IMG/VR virus record: IMGVR_UViG_3300050014_000823
Location: 62,001 to 126,000 of that record
Strand: one strand, 5' to 3'
Length of the DNA stretch: 64,000 bases
Part shown: positions 63,090-64,000 of the stretch, in pieces
Layout of the letters: each line of letters opens with the position of its first letter
Numbering within the stretch: position 1 is the stretch's first letter
Translations under genes and position numbers: made by a program
Notes under the pieces: generated by a model
Databases searched by the model: none
Seen by the model: the letters and a program-made list of their open reading frames with translations, nothing else
What the model was told of the DNA's origin: nothing

Positions 63090-63989
63090 TTATGCGGGTG
63101 GACTACCACCATAACTTGCTTGGTCGTATGGCGTACCACGACAGAAACTTCCATTTACTGGAGTAACACTTAATATCTGAATTTCTGCAATTGAACTTCC
63201 ACCAAAGGTAGGAATACTTGATGCAAGTGTACAAACCATCCAACAAGAAGCACCATTAATACTTGTAATACACCAAGTACCGCTGCAAGTTTTAGTAAGG
63301 TTTGAAAGTGAACACACGCAATATTGAAAAGCACCATTATATACTGATACCATTGAACTTGTTGCTTTACCCACATTATTACTTAAATACCATTGTAAAC
63401 AAACATTATAACACTCACTACTGATTGGATTTCCTTGAATACAAGCAAGTGCGCAACAACCACCAACACCAGTATCACATGTATATATGTTCTGAAAACA
63501 AACTGGCTTATATGAAGGTGCTGCCGTAGTAGTTGTGGTTGCTGCTATTTGACAAAGACAAATATATTTAACATCAGCACTACAAGCATTTGGTTGTAAA
63601 CTGACATTTTCGGCTCTTGCACCACCAGTATTTGCATAAACACATATTTGTGGATTAACACCTGACGGTGACAATGTTGGAAGTGTTAAAATAGTACTCC
63701 AATATCCACCACCACTTTGATATGCATTGGCAGCTGGACCACATGCAGTAGCACATACAATTCCACCTGCAGCAGGTATGTTAACTATTGTTGTTGGTGT
63801 AACTTGAAAATTATTATATCCATACCAACAACTTGTCATATTTATTGAACCGCCTTTACCTGCGGAAGCACCTAAAGCAAGTAATGATTTAGGTCCGCTT
63901 GTATTAATACACGATGCCAAAGAAATACTACTACAGCCACCTTGCGGTGCAGATAACATTCCCATAGTACCACTACCACACATTGACAT
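63090..63989 (-). CDS. Cys/Gly/Thr-rich putative virion or tail-associated protein
   Basis: 24 Cys in 299 aa, beta-rich, BACON-like ANTGGAR segment, Thr linker. Confidence 0.45.
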   Translation of the reverse strand: MSMCGSGTMGMLSAPQGGCSSISLASCINTSGPKSLLALGASAGKGGSINMTSCWYGYNNFQVTPTTIVNIPAAGGIVCATACGPAANAYQSGGGYWSTILTLPTLSPSGVNPQICVYANTGGARAENVSLQPNACSADVKYICLCQIAATTTTTAAPSYKPVCFQNIYTCDTGVGGCCALACIQGNPISSECYNVCLQWYLSNNVGKATSSMVSVYNGAFQYCVCSLSNLTKTCSGTWCITSINGASCWMVCTLASSIPTFGGSSIAEIQILSVTPVNGSFCRGTPYDQASYGGSPPA

Positions 63990-64000
63990 AATTATTCCTT

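Overview
AT-rich, densely packed segment of a large (jumbo-type, T4/myovirus-like) dsDNA phage genome, probably infecting Bacteroidota (TAnnTTTG promoter elements, CxKDD-type lipoproteins, no evident Shine-Dalgarno sites). Genes run on the - strand from ~46.4 kb leftward, on the + strand from ~46.5 to 61.5 kb, then - again. It is an early/accessory region with many small hypothetical ORFs. Recognisable enzymes: intein-containing C5 DNA methyltransferase, peptide deformylase, two RNA ligases, PNK-like kinase, HD and HAD phosphatases, NADAR, Dda-like helicase, NUDIX, DHFR, Pth2-like protein, Thg1, DNA ligase, ATP-grasp, a divergent adenylosuccinate synthetase with vWA and J/pseudokinase partners, SPFH, DEDDh exonuclease, DUF262, lytic transglycosylase and patatin. 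The region carries about 11 free-standing homing endonucleases and a nested IS607 structure with two tnpA and two tnpB genes. Two recurrent promoter-like motifs are visible: TGTAAC-N18-TATAAT (14 copies) and GTATTTAT, the latter mostly before endonucleases. The most unusual elements are a GC-rich non-coding locus (boxA, ~260-nt structured RNA, aberrant tRNA-Ser-like RNA), a stand-alone capsid-fragment paralogue, a mini gp55-like sigma fragment, and the PurA-like/vWA/J-pseudokinase/ATP-grasp module. All family calls come from motif recognition by eye; no database searches were run.
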